Shown here: one piece after another, positions 17,165 through 25,075 of the stretch
Layout: the number at the start of each line of letters is the position of its first letter
Position numbering within the stretch: the stretch's first letter is position 1
Assembly: GCA_043736875.1 (NCBI GenBank)
Contig: JAYTBU010000028.1
Span: 1 to 35,172, forward strand
Source: a bacterium
GTDB lineage: Bacteria; Patescibacteriota; Minisyncoccia; Phycocordibacterales; UBA5272
Direction of reading: 5' to 3'
Length of the DNA stretch: 35,172 nucleotides
Notes under the pieces: generated by a model
Seen by the model: only the letters and a program-made list of their open reading frames with translations
Database searches by the model: none
Told to the model about the DNA's origin: nothing
Position numbers and translations under genes: made by a program

Positions 17165-19522
17165 ATGACGCTCACAGGTACATTAAAATCAATCATTTAC
17201 TTTTCATTAGCTATCATACCTATGCTCGCATGGTATGTCAGTGAGGAGACATTTTTCCCGTACATAACAGGAAAAGGTTTTGCCTTTAGGTTTTTAATAG
17301 AGGTTACTTTTGTGTCTTGGATCGCTCTTGCTATATATGAGCCAGCATTTAGACCAAAGAGCTCGCTAGTATTTTACTCATATGCTTTATTTTTAAGTAT
17401 AATATGTGCAGCTAATATATTTGGTGTTAATCCATATTTTTCTTTCTTTGGTAATTATGAGCGTATGGAGGGTTGGTTTACTCACTTGCATTTATTCCTT
17501 TATTTTACAGTGCTTTACAGTGTGTACAAGACTAGCGGTGACTGGTTACGCATGTGGGGATGGTTCACAGTAGCTGCTATTGCGGTTAATGTGCAAGGGT
17601 TATTACAGCTTTTTGGTCAAAAAGATTTCTTTTTGGTAAAAGCTTTTGGGGTTCGCGCCGAAGGGTTTGTAACATTTTTAAATACAGCCTATCCAACTAG
17701 TATGGGCAATGGACTACGTCTTGATTCTACACTAGGTAATGCTGCTTATTATGGTATATTTACTTTATTTTTTGTATTTATCTCAGCTTTACTTGCTTAT
17801 AACATGAAAAAGTGGAGTGGTACTCAGTCATGGTTATCTTTCTTTGCTGTTGTTGTGTCTGTAGGCATGATTCTGCTTGAGAGGTTTATGCTCATAGCAG
17901 CTAATGGTCTAGTTTCTATAAATCAAGGTCTAGCTCAGTCACTTGCTATATTTGGAAAGTTTGTCTGGTTCGCTGGTATTATCGGCCTTGTATTTTTTGG
18001 CTTATCTTTTGTAAAAAAAGTAGCAGCAGGGCAGATTGGTAGCTGGATATTTGTATTACTTGCCGGTATCAATGTTATATTGCTTGCTTTTACTCAGACT
18101 CGTGGATCGTATTTTGGTCTTATTGCTGGTGCTCTTATTTCAGTTATCTGTATTATACTTTTTGGTGGAAAAAAATATAAAAAACTAGTAAAGGGTAGTG
18201 TCATAGCTATGGGACTATTTGCGCTGCTTGTTGTTGGCCTAGTTGCAATAAAGGATACCGCTTTTGCTCAAAACTCTGTGGTACTAAAGCGTATATCTAC
18301 TATACGCATCGCTAACATAGTGCTACATCCTGTGCAGTCATATGACATGATAGCTAATGAGAAAAATGATTATCCGTCTCTTATAACATATTTTGGAGAG
18401 CAGACCATCGTATCGCGTTTTCTAAATGCAAAGATGGCAATAGACGGCATCAATGATACAACCAAGACAACATTACTTGGTTACGGACAGGAGAACTATT
18501 CAACTGTTTTTTCAGAAAAATATGACCCACGTATGTATGCTCAGGAGGCTTGGTTCGACCGTGCTCACAATGTGTTTATGGACTGGTTAGTTGCTGGTGG
18601 TGTGCTGGGACTGGCTGCTTATCTTGCACTATACCTTACTCCAATATACATGATGTGGGCAGGACGTGGCAAGGAAAACATGAGTGTAGTAGAGAGGGCG
18701 ATCACCACAGGTATGTTAGTTGCTTACTTTGTGCATAATGTATTTGTCTTTGACAGTTTATCTTCTTATGTTATATTTATCGCCATACTAGCATATGTAT
18801 CTGCTCGTACCAGAGTACTCGACAATGTTATTAAAAAAGAAACTTTAGAAAAACATAAAAATAATAAAGCATTAGAATACGCTCTGCTTACAGCTGGTTC
18901 TGCTGCGGGTATTGCTTTATTTATCTATACTGTGTCGGGCCCACTGTCTACTAATCTCAGCCTAATAAGTGCTTTGCGTAATGTTCCAAATAATTATACG
19001 ACATTAGCAGCTAGTAGCACAGCAAATATGAAGACATATAGCTCAGCTATAAACAATAACAGTTTTGGTCAGGTAGAAGCTCGTGAGCAGTTAATACAAC
19101 AGGCGGCAAAGATGGTCGGTATAGACACAACCAAGTTACAAGGAGGGGAAAAATTATCAGTAGACAAAGCAATATCAGATTACAAGAATTATGCCGAGTC
19201 ACAGTTCGAGTCTATGATAGCAGAAAATGAGACAGCTAGAAACACTTCTTTTTATGGCTCATATTTGAGACAAACAGGTCAATACAAAAAGGCCGAGGAC
19301 TATATGGCGCTTGCTCACAAGTTATCACCCAACAAGCAGCTTATCAGTTTTGAGTACATAACAGCATTATCAGCAAATGGTAAAAACAAAGAGGCTCTAG
19401 AGTTAGCAAAAAATGTCTATGAATCAGAAACAACTTTTCAGACTTCAAAAGACATATATTATAGTATCAAGCAGATAATATCATCGAGCACAGTTAAGGT
19501 GTTAAAGGGTGGAGTAAAGTAA
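17165..19522 (+). CDS. O-antigen ligase (Wzy_C) family polytopic membrane protein with a C-terminal TPR-like domain
   Basis: About 520 aa of multi-pass hydrophobic sequence, including the FTQTRGSYFGLIAG loop typical of the O-antigen ligase/Wzy_C family. The C-terminal soluble region has TPR-like repeats (FYGSYLRQTGQYKKAEDYMALAHKLSPN...GKNKEALELAKNVYE). Confidence 0.7.
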   Translation: MTLTGTLKSIIYFSLAIIPMLAWYVSEETFFPYITGKGFAFRFLIEVTFVSWIALAIYEPAFRPKSSLVFYSYALFLSIICAANIFGVNPYFSFFGNYERMEGWFTHLHLFLYFTVLYSVYKTSGDWLRMWGWFTVAAIAVNVQGLLQLFGQKDFFLVKAFGVRAEGFVTFLNTAYPTSMGNGLRLDSTLGNAAYYGIFTLFFVFISALLAYNMKKWSGTQSWLSFFAVVVSVGMILLERFMLIAANGLVSINQGLAQSLAIFGKFVWFAGIIGLVFFGLSFVKKVAAGQIGSWIFVLLAGINVILLAFTQTRGSYFGLIAGALISVICIILFGGKKYKKLVKGSVIAMGLFALLVVGLVAIKDTAFAQNSVVLKRISTIRIANIVLHPVQSYDMIANEKNDYPSLITYFGEQTIVSRFLNAKMAIDGINDTTKTTLLGYGQENYSTVFSEKYDPRMYAQEAWFDRAHNVFMDWLVAGGVLGLAAYLALYLTPIYMMWAGRGKENMSVVERAITTGMLVAYFVHNVFVFDSLSSYVIFIAILAYVSARTRVLDNVIKKETLEKHKNNKALEYALLTAGSAAGIALFIYTVSGPLSTNLSLISALRNVPNNYTTLAASSTANMKTYSSAINNNSFGQVEAREQLIQQAAKMVGIDTTKLQGGEKLSVDKAISDYKNYAESQFESMIAENETARNTSFYGSYLRQTGQYKKAEDYMALAHKLSPNKQLISFEYITALSANGKNKEALELAKNVYESETTFQTSKDIYYSIKQIISSSTVKVLKGGVK

Positions 19523-19530
19523 TATTACCC

Positions 19531-19558
19531 TTGACAAAATATTAAAAAGGTGTATACT
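19531..19558 (+). promoter_or_regulatory. Canonical sigma-70-type promoter: TTGACA-N16-TATACT
   Basis: -35 at 19531..19536 and -10 at 19553..19558. An AGGAG Shine-Dalgarno site at 19585..19589 sits 6 nt before the ATG at 19596. Nearly identical to the promoter at 20919..20946. Confidence 0.7.
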
Positions 19559-19595
19559 ATAAGAGTGGTTAATTTATTATTTTTAGGAGTTAAAA

Positions 19596-20846
19596 ATGAA
19601 CAAGTTCTTTTACAATTTATCAATGTTTAAAACATTTTTGGTGTTAGCTAGCTTAGCGCTGATTACATTCTCTGCTACTGCAGAGATGGTTCCGGCCGCT
19701 GGCTCTAAATGGATCAGTGAGCTAAAGTACACCGGCACTGGAGATACTGGCAAGAAATACAGATTACCTGAGACAATGTCTGTGTTGCGCCATGACAATG
19801 GTGTGCCAGTATTTGCCACAGAGGTTTTTGGTTACAAAGGTGAAATAGTAGAGACATCTACTGGCACAGTAGTCTTAACTGAGAAGTGTAAAGACGTAGT
19901 ACCAAAAGAGATATTTACAACACCCAAAAATCCAAATCAATGTGGCTGGCACTTGTGCACAGCTCCAGAAGAGGGCAAGAGCTTTGTCCGCGAGATGATT
20001 TTCTTTACAGAGATGTATTCTTGCGTCCCAAAAGTCGCCACTTATACATTTACATCAACCTCAAAATCTGAGATAAATGGTCAAGCTGTAACAGTTGGTG
20101 ATGTTGTCCTTGATTTTGGTTTATTCCAAAAAGTTAAATGGGAAAGTCATATCAGACAAGGTGTAGGCGAAGTTTTCGCTAAATCAAAGTCAGGTGAGAC
20201 CCATTACTCAGTTGTAGATGTTTCACTTATGCCTTTTGCAAAAATAGGCAATACAGAATCTTCTAATAATGCTGCATTAAAATTTGCAAAAAAAGAAGAG
20301 AAAACTCAGTGTGATGTCATCGCTTTTGGTGACAGTCTAACGCAGGGTGTGGGAGTAGCACAGAATCAGAACTACCCATCAGTATTATCCAAAATGCTAG
20401 GCAAAGACATCTGTAATCTGGGTATAGCGGGTAACACAACTGTGGATGCGAGAGATCGTCTGACACAAGTTCTGGACCTAAAACCAAAAATGGTTTTTAT
20501 GGGTATTGGGGCTAATGACTTTTTGAAAGGTGTAGCACCAGAGACAACTCAGAAAAACATCGGTCACATGATTGATGTTTTTACAAAAGAGGGTATCATG
20601 GTTGTTGTGCTCGGATTTGAAGGGTTAAAAGATGGAGAGAAATACAAAACCGCTCTAAACTTAGATAGTAGAAATGACATAGTGTATGTCCCACTAGCAT
20701 TTGCTGGAGTCCTAGACGATGCCAAGATGTTATCGGCTGACAATATGCATCCTAATGAAATAGGGTACAAAAAAGTTGCTCAAAATATTTATGATGAAGT
20801 TTTTATTTCTCTGGAGACATTGTCTGGTTATGCATTAAAAAATTGA
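19596..20846 (+). CDS. Secreted protein with an unrecognised N-terminal domain and a C-terminal SGNH/GDSL hydrolase domain
   Basis: Signal peptide FKTFLVLASLALITFSATAE. SGNH blocks: I VIAFGDSLTQG, II GIAGNT, III GIGANDF, V DNMHPNE. The stop codon is TGA. Confidence 0.8.
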   Translation: MNKFFYNLSMFKTFLVLASLALITFSATAEMVPAAGSKWISELKYTGTGDTGKKYRLPETMSVLRHDNGVPVFATEVFGYKGEIVETSTGTVVLTEKCKDVVPKEIFTTPKNPNQCGWHLCTAPEEGKSFVREMIFFTEMYSCVPKVATYTFTSTSKSEINGQAVTVGDVVLDFGLFQKVKWESHIRQGVGEVFAKSKSGETHYSVVDVSLMPFAKIGNTESSNNAALKFAKKEEKTQCDVIAFGDSLTQGVGVAQNQNYPSVLSKMLGKDICNLGIAGNTTVDARDRLTQVLDLKPKMVFMGIGANDFLKGVAPETTQKNIGHMIDVFTKEGIMVVVLGFEGLKDGEKYKTALNLDSRNDIVYVPLAFAGVLDDAKMLSADNMHPNEIGYKKVAQNIYDEVFISLETLSGYALKN

Positions 20847-20865
20847 TAAAAGGAGAATCGTATGT

Positions 20866-20896
20866 AACCTGACTACTTTGTGGTCAGGTTTTTTTA
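20866..20896 (+). terminator. Rho-independent terminator
   Basis: aacctgac(ta)-loop-(tg)gtcaggtt followed by a T-run, 20 nt after the stop. Confidence 0.75.
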
Positions 20897-20918
20897 TTCT
20901 AGAAACAAGGTATAGCAC

Positions 20919-20946
20919 TTGACAAAATATTTAAAAGGTGTATAAT
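20919..20946 (+). promoter_or_regulatory. Canonical sigma-70-type promoter: TTGACA-N16-TATAAT
   Basis: -35 at 20919..20924 and -10 at 20941..20946. An AAGGAG Shine-Dalgarno site at 21019..21024 sits 6 nt before the ATG at 21031, giving a leader of about 78 nt. Confidence 0.7.
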
Positions 20947-21030
20947 ATAAGAGTGAAGTAAATACAAGCATATCGCAAGTATTCTTCTTTGTTAAATCGG
21001 GGTCATGCCCATATCTTTAAGGAGAAAAAC

Positions 21031-21513
21031 ATGAATCGCACATTTAAAAACATTTTGATCGCCATCACACTGACACTCTCTGCAGTATCTGGGTTCGCTC
21101 AGACAGAGGTGGAAGTGGAACAGAAAATAGATCAGCCTGTAGTACCTCGTGACCCACCAAAAGATGCTGTAGAAGTAAAAGACTTCAAGTCTTTGCCTGC
21201 CATTAGCGGTCGCTGGACATCACCAAATGGAAATATGCAAGATTTTGAAATTGACTTTGCAAAAGATAATTTTATCTGGTATATGCCAGGTAAAAAATAT
21301 TCAAGACGAGCTAGCTCCGCATGCAACAAGGCTATACTTGGTGTGACTAGTGTCACCGAGACAGACAGCACGTATTATGTACGTGCTACTGTAAAAGAGG
21401 ATACGCTACCAACCTGCCCTAAAGGTGGAGCTGTGTGGAAGTTTGAATTTAGTAAAACCTCTAAAACAGGATTATTCTGGAGAGATACGGGTGACTTTAA
21501 GTTAGTTTTTTAA
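21031..21513 (+). CDS. Small secreted hypothetical protein
   Basis: The ATG at 21031 is preceded by AAGGAG-N6. Signal peptide MNRTFKNILIAITLTLSAVSGFAQ. No domain recognised. The track's TTG start at 20989 lacks a ribosome-binding site and would bury the signal peptide. Confidence 0.7.
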   Translation: MNRTFKNILIAITLTLSAVSGFAQTEVEVEQKIDQPVVPRDPPKDAVEVKDFKSLPAISGRWTSPNGNMQDFEIDFAKDNFIWYMPGKKYSRRASSACNKAILGVTSVTETDSTYYVRATVKEDTLPTCPKGGAVWKFEFSKTSKTGLFWRDTGDFKLVF

Positions 21514-21518
21514 AAAAC

Positions 21519-21551
21519 AAAACCATATAGTTTATACTATGTGGTTTTTTT
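21519..21551 (+). terminator. Rho-independent terminator
   Basis: aaaaccatatag-tttata-ctatgtggtttt: a 12-bp stem with one G-U pair, running into a T-run. Confidence 0.7.
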
Positions 21552-21575
21552 ATTTATTTAAAAAAATAGCTTTTA

Positions 21576-21584
21576 TGTTATAAT
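21576..21584 (+). promoter_or_regulatory. Extended -10 promoter (TGTTATAAT), 6 nt before the ATG at 21591 (leaderless)
   Basis: Exact 9-mer followed by spacer attaat and then ATG. No Shine-Dalgarno sequence. Confidence 0.65.
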
Positions 21585-21590
21585 ATTAAT

Positions 21591-22994
21591 ATGATTGATA
21601 TGTCTAATATAGAAGTAAATAAAAAAATATCTAAAAATGTAGCGATAATTTTAGCTGCTGGGATTAGCTCTAGACTAAAAGGGTCTAAACCTAAGCAGTT
21701 CTTGAGGTTGGGAGGTAAAACTTTAATAGAGCACACTTTGCGAGCATTTGATATCAATAAAGATACATATGAAATTATTCTCGTTATTAACGAAGAATAT
21801 TTAGAAGAGGCAAACTCTCATGTTTTAAACAGTTGTATAAATAAAAAAGTTCACATAGTTTATGGGGGGAATAACAGAAGAGAGTCCTCATTTAAAGCGC
21901 TGTCTTTCTGTAAAAAATTTTATTCAACAGAGAAAGTAAATGTTTTAATTCATGACGCTGCAAGACCTCTCTTGTCACAACAAATAATAAATAATGTCGT
22001 AAAAGCTCTCACTATCTACGAAGCTGTAGATGTTGCCATAGATCCTGTTGATACCCTAATTCAAGTAAATAAAGAAAGTGGGTTAATCGACAGGATTCCA
22101 AGCAGGAGTGATTTTATGAACGGACAGACACCTCAAGGATTTGACCTGAATCTAATATATGAAGCACATGAGAAGTCTCTTCTTTGCGCAAACTTTGAAG
22201 TTTCTGACGATTGTGGTATTTTAAAAAAAATGTTTCCAGAAGTTAAAATATATGTTGTTTATGGCTCCAATAAAAATATGAAAGTTACTTACAAAGAAGA
22301 CCTTTATATATTAGATAAATATTTACAAATTAATGAAGCTTATTCGGAGTCTTTTCAAGATTTTTCCCACCTAAGAGACAAAACAATTGTGGTTTTTGGG
22401 GGAAATAGTGGCATAGGTGAAGAAATATGTAGCCAGGTAAAAAAATACACTAGGAATGTTTTTGCTTTAAGTAGGAGAAATGGTTGTGATGTTCGAAACA
22501 AGGAAAACGTACAACAGAAACTTGCTGATATTTTTAAAGAGACAGGTTCCATAGATCATGTTATAGTAACTGCCGCCGTACTTAATAAAAACAAAATAAC
22601 AGATCTGGTAAATGATGATAAGGATAATCATTTTAGTGTAAATTTTACTGGGAGTGTAAATGTTTCAAGTGCTGCATATGAATACATTATAAAAAGCAAA
22701 GGCTCCATATTTCTATTTGCCTCCAGCTCTTACTCTTTGGGTAGAGGCGGCTATAGTATGTATGGCGCCAGCAAAGCTGCTTTAGTTAATTTTGTTCAGG
22801 CTGCTTCAGAAGAGTGGAATGGGAAAGTTATTATAAATTGTATCAATCCAGAAAGAGTAAAGACTCCAATGAGATTAGATTCTTTTGGCTCGGAGAAGGG
22901 TGTAGACATGTTGCTGCCGTCAGAGGTAGCATATTACACGCTCGGCTTACTGTCTACAGATTTGTCAGGTATGGTTTTCAGTATAAAAAAATAA
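21591..22994 (+). CDS. Bifunctional CDP-ribitol synthase-like protein (Bcs1/TarI-TarJ type): IspD/TarI cytidylyltransferase fused to a short-chain dehydrogenase/reductase
   Basis: N-terminal half: VAIILAAGISSRLKGSKPKQFLRLGGKTLIEHTL and IHDAARPL, which are IspD/TarI motifs. C-terminal half: VVFGGNSGIGEEI (TGxxxGxG-like), S...YGASKAAL (catalytic YxxxK) and INPERVKTPM. The order and size (467 aa) match the Haemophilus Bcs1-type fusion. Confidence 0.75.
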   Translation: MIDMSNIEVNKKISKNVAIILAAGISSRLKGSKPKQFLRLGGKTLIEHTLRAFDINKDTYEIILVINEEYLEEANSHVLNSCINKKVHIVYGGNNRRESSFKALSFCKKFYSTEKVNVLIHDAARPLLSQQIINNVVKALTIYEAVDVAIDPVDTLIQVNKESGLIDRIPSRSDFMNGQTPQGFDLNLIYEAHEKSLLCANFEVSDDCGILKKMFPEVKIYVVYGSNKNMKVTYKEDLYILDKYLQINEAYSESFQDFSHLRDKTIVVFGGNSGIGEEICSQVKKYTRNVFALSRRNGCDVRNKENVQQKLADIFKETGSIDHVIVTAAVLNKNKITDLVNDDKDNHFSVNFTGSVNVSSAAYEYIIKSKGSIFLFASSSYSLGRGGYSMYGASKAALVNFVQAASEEWNGKVIINCINPERVKTPMRLDSFGSEKGVDMLLPSEVAYYTLGLLSTDLSGMVFSIKK

Positions 22995-22998
22995 TTAA

Positions 22999-25023
22999 AT
23001 GAAAAAAGATATAGCTTTTATAATTTACTACCCATTTCAATTTTATGTATATAAAAACATATATAAACATTTATTGGACAGGTCCATTTTCATAATAGAT
23101 TTGTACAACTTTTCTGAACATGATGACATAAATACATTTGGCAGCATTAGAGACTTGCTAGAGAAAAATAATATAGAATATAGAATCATCAAAAAAGAAG
23201 AGTATCAAATTAAAACAAAAATTCAAGAAGTATTTTTTGGTATAGATCTAGCTGTGTCTGTCTGGGAGCAGGGATGTGTAACATTACTTGATAACATTGA
23301 TGGTTTGACTCATATAAAAAAAGTTGGCTTAAGTTATGGTGTTGGTAAGCAGCTAACTATGGTAAGGCCAAGCAGGGCAATTTATGACTTGATACTACCA
23401 TATGGAAAAAGTGAGGAGAAATACTACTCTCTTTTTGCGAAAACCATACCGATAGGAAACCCAAAGTTTGACGATTTTTATGAAAATAATTTAGACCACT
23501 CTCTTGTAGAAAATCTAAAATTAAATAAAAATAAAAAGACTGTACTCTATTTGCCGACGCACAGTAATCTGGGGTCATTTAAACAGGTCATGCCAGAGCT
23601 TATAAAGTTAAAAGATAAGTATAATATACTAATAAAAATACACTACTTTATAGAAAGAGAAGAGTCTGAGTTTATTTCTACTCTCAAACTTTCCGGAGTG
23701 CACTTTTTAAAAGATGATACAGATCTGTTGCCTCTTCTTAAGGTTTGTGACATGGCTATAAGCGATAATTCTAGTGTTATATTTGATGTAATGCAGGCTG
23801 ACAAACCTCTGCTCTTAGAAGATATTTGGAACGAAGAGTTTTTTGAAAAAGATATACATAAATTAGATGAGGTAAAAAGAGGTATAGTAGCACCACTCAC
23901 ATACCCAGATTCTATAGAGCAGAGGATAAAAAGGGAGGGTAAAGTAGCTTTAAATAAAAATGTTAAAAATCTTAACAAAGATATTGAATATGCGATCAGC
24001 AATGACAGTTTTTACTCCTTGTACAGAAAAGATATTCTGTTTGAAACTATTGAGTATACAGATGGTGATTGTGGAAAGAGGGGGGCAGATGCTATCCTCG
24101 GACTCCTGTCTGGAGACATAGAGCCAAGAAAAGGTATAATGTATTATAGAGACATAAGAGAAAAATCTCTTTATCAAATAGGCCAGATGAGCAGCATCAG
24201 CAAAGTTGTCTCTGGAGAAGTTTTTGACGTAAACAGTATACAGTATGTTATTTTTTGTGAAAATATAAAGGACTCTAATACTAGTTTAGATGCTATTATT
24301 GATATGGGTGCAGAGAGAGATAGTGTAACGTTAGTTTCTAACGTAGAAAAAGAAGATTTTAGGACCGTGAAGTATTTAGATATTAAAAGTTTTATGCAAA
24401 ACAAAAAAGTTTTATTCTTAAAGTCTGGAGTTGTTGTGAGTAAAGATGACTTGTCAAAGATTTTTACCAGAGTAAACATAGAAGATACTACATGCATATC
24501 TTTATCAACTAAAAGAAAATATTCAAGCCTGGAAGATATTTTTATAAATCTAAAACTACCTTTCCTTAAAAGCTTAAAAAATAAAAATGCTTATTTTACA
24601 ACAGATTTATTTTGTAATTTTTATGGTTTTGTGCCATCAGAGTATAATGCTGTTTTGCTCGGAGAGACTCTTGTTTCTGAACTCTTCAAGCGAAATGATA
24701 CTATAAAAATTTATGATAGTATTATTTTTTTCTTAAACACTAGATCTGATAAAATAAAAATTTTGATGCTTAATATTTTCACAGACCTTAACTTTGTAAA
24801 AGATTCTCCAGAGCTACTTTCAGAAAAAAGTGTACAATTTTCTTTTTTACAAAAATACTCCAGCATGCAATTTTTAAAAGACTTACTGTCAGACGGTGAA
24901 AATAAAAAGTATCATAAAATGATGAGCAGGTTGAAAATATTTTTACTTGTGTTTCTGTATAGATTTTTATTATATCTAAATCGCCACAAAAACAAATTAG
25001 AGAGAAAAATTAATCAGTTGTAA
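22999..25023 (+). CDS. TagF/TarL-like CDP-alditol phosphotransferase (Glyphos_transf family), with an unrecognised C-terminal extension of about 270 aa and a terminal hydrophobic helix
   Basis: KKTVLYLPTHS (compare YAPTxR), LIKIHYF, and LLKVCDMAISDNSSVIFDVMQADKPLL (compare D-LITDYSSxxFDF..L.KP). It starts 4 nt after the upstream gene. The C-terminus is LKIFLLVFLYRFLLYLN. Confidence 0.6.
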   Translation: MKKDIAFIIYYPFQFYVYKNIYKHLLDRSIFIIDLYNFSEHDDINTFGSIRDLLEKNNIEYRIIKKEEYQIKTKIQEVFFGIDLAVSVWEQGCVTLLDNIDGLTHIKKVGLSYGVGKQLTMVRPSRAIYDLILPYGKSEEKYYSLFAKTIPIGNPKFDDFYENNLDHSLVENLKLNKNKKTVLYLPTHSNLGSFKQVMPELIKLKDKYNILIKIHYFIEREESEFISTLKLSGVHFLKDDTDLLPLLKVCDMAISDNSSVIFDVMQADKPLLLEDIWNEEFFEKDIHKLDEVKRGIVAPLTYPDSIEQRIKREGKVALNKNVKNLNKDIEYAISNDSFYSLYRKDILFETIEYTDGDCGKRGADAILGLLSGDIEPRKGIMYYRDIREKSLYQIGQMSSISKVVSGEVFDVNSIQYVIFCENIKDSNTSLDAIIDMGAERDSVTLVSNVEKEDFRTVKYLDIKSFMQNKKVLFLKSGVVVSKDDLSKIFTRVNIEDTTCISLSTKRKYSSLEDIFINLKLPFLKSLKNKNAYFTTDLFCNFYGFVPSEYNAVLLGETLVSELFKRNDTIKIYDSIIFFLNTRSDKIKILMLNIFTDLNFVKDSPELLSEKSVQFSFLQKYSSMQFLKDLLSDGENKKYHKMMSRLKIFLLVFLYRFLLYLNRHKNKLERKINQL

Positions 25024-25057
25024 ATGTGTCAAAATCTTTTCAGGGTTTAATTTTTTG

Positions 25058-25066
25058 TGTTATAAT
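25058..25066 (+). promoter_or_regulatory. Extended -10 promoter (TGTTATAAT) upstream of the helical-ORF/YcaO gene pair
   Basis: Exact 9-mer in a 31-nt intergenic gap. In-frame ATGs lie at 25067 (abutting the -10, so unlikely to be transcribed) and 25076 (9-nt spacer). Confidence 0.6.
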
Positions 25067-25075
25067 ATGTTCATT

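Noticed and set aside
18550-18738. Alternate-frame + strand ORFs inside real genes: 18550..18738, 22814..23002 and 30946..31173.
   Set aside because: They overlap well-supported CDS in other frames, have no start signals and show no recognisable features. They are typical spurious ORFs.
20989-21030. Upstream TTG or early starts given by the ORF track: 20989, 25055, 27539 and 30654.
   Set aside because: Each lies inside or upstream of the gene's own promoter or Shine-Dalgarno site, or overlaps the preceding ORF. Each would also bury the signal or TM segment. In-frame ATGs at 21031, 25076, 27569 and 30681 fit the observed promoter and SD geometry.
20953-21030. Riboswitch or structured regulatory RNA in the ~78-nt leader of the 21031 gene.
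   Set aside because: No conserved riboswitch motif or convincing stem-loop could be recognised by eye. It is noted only as a longer leader than in its twin cassette.
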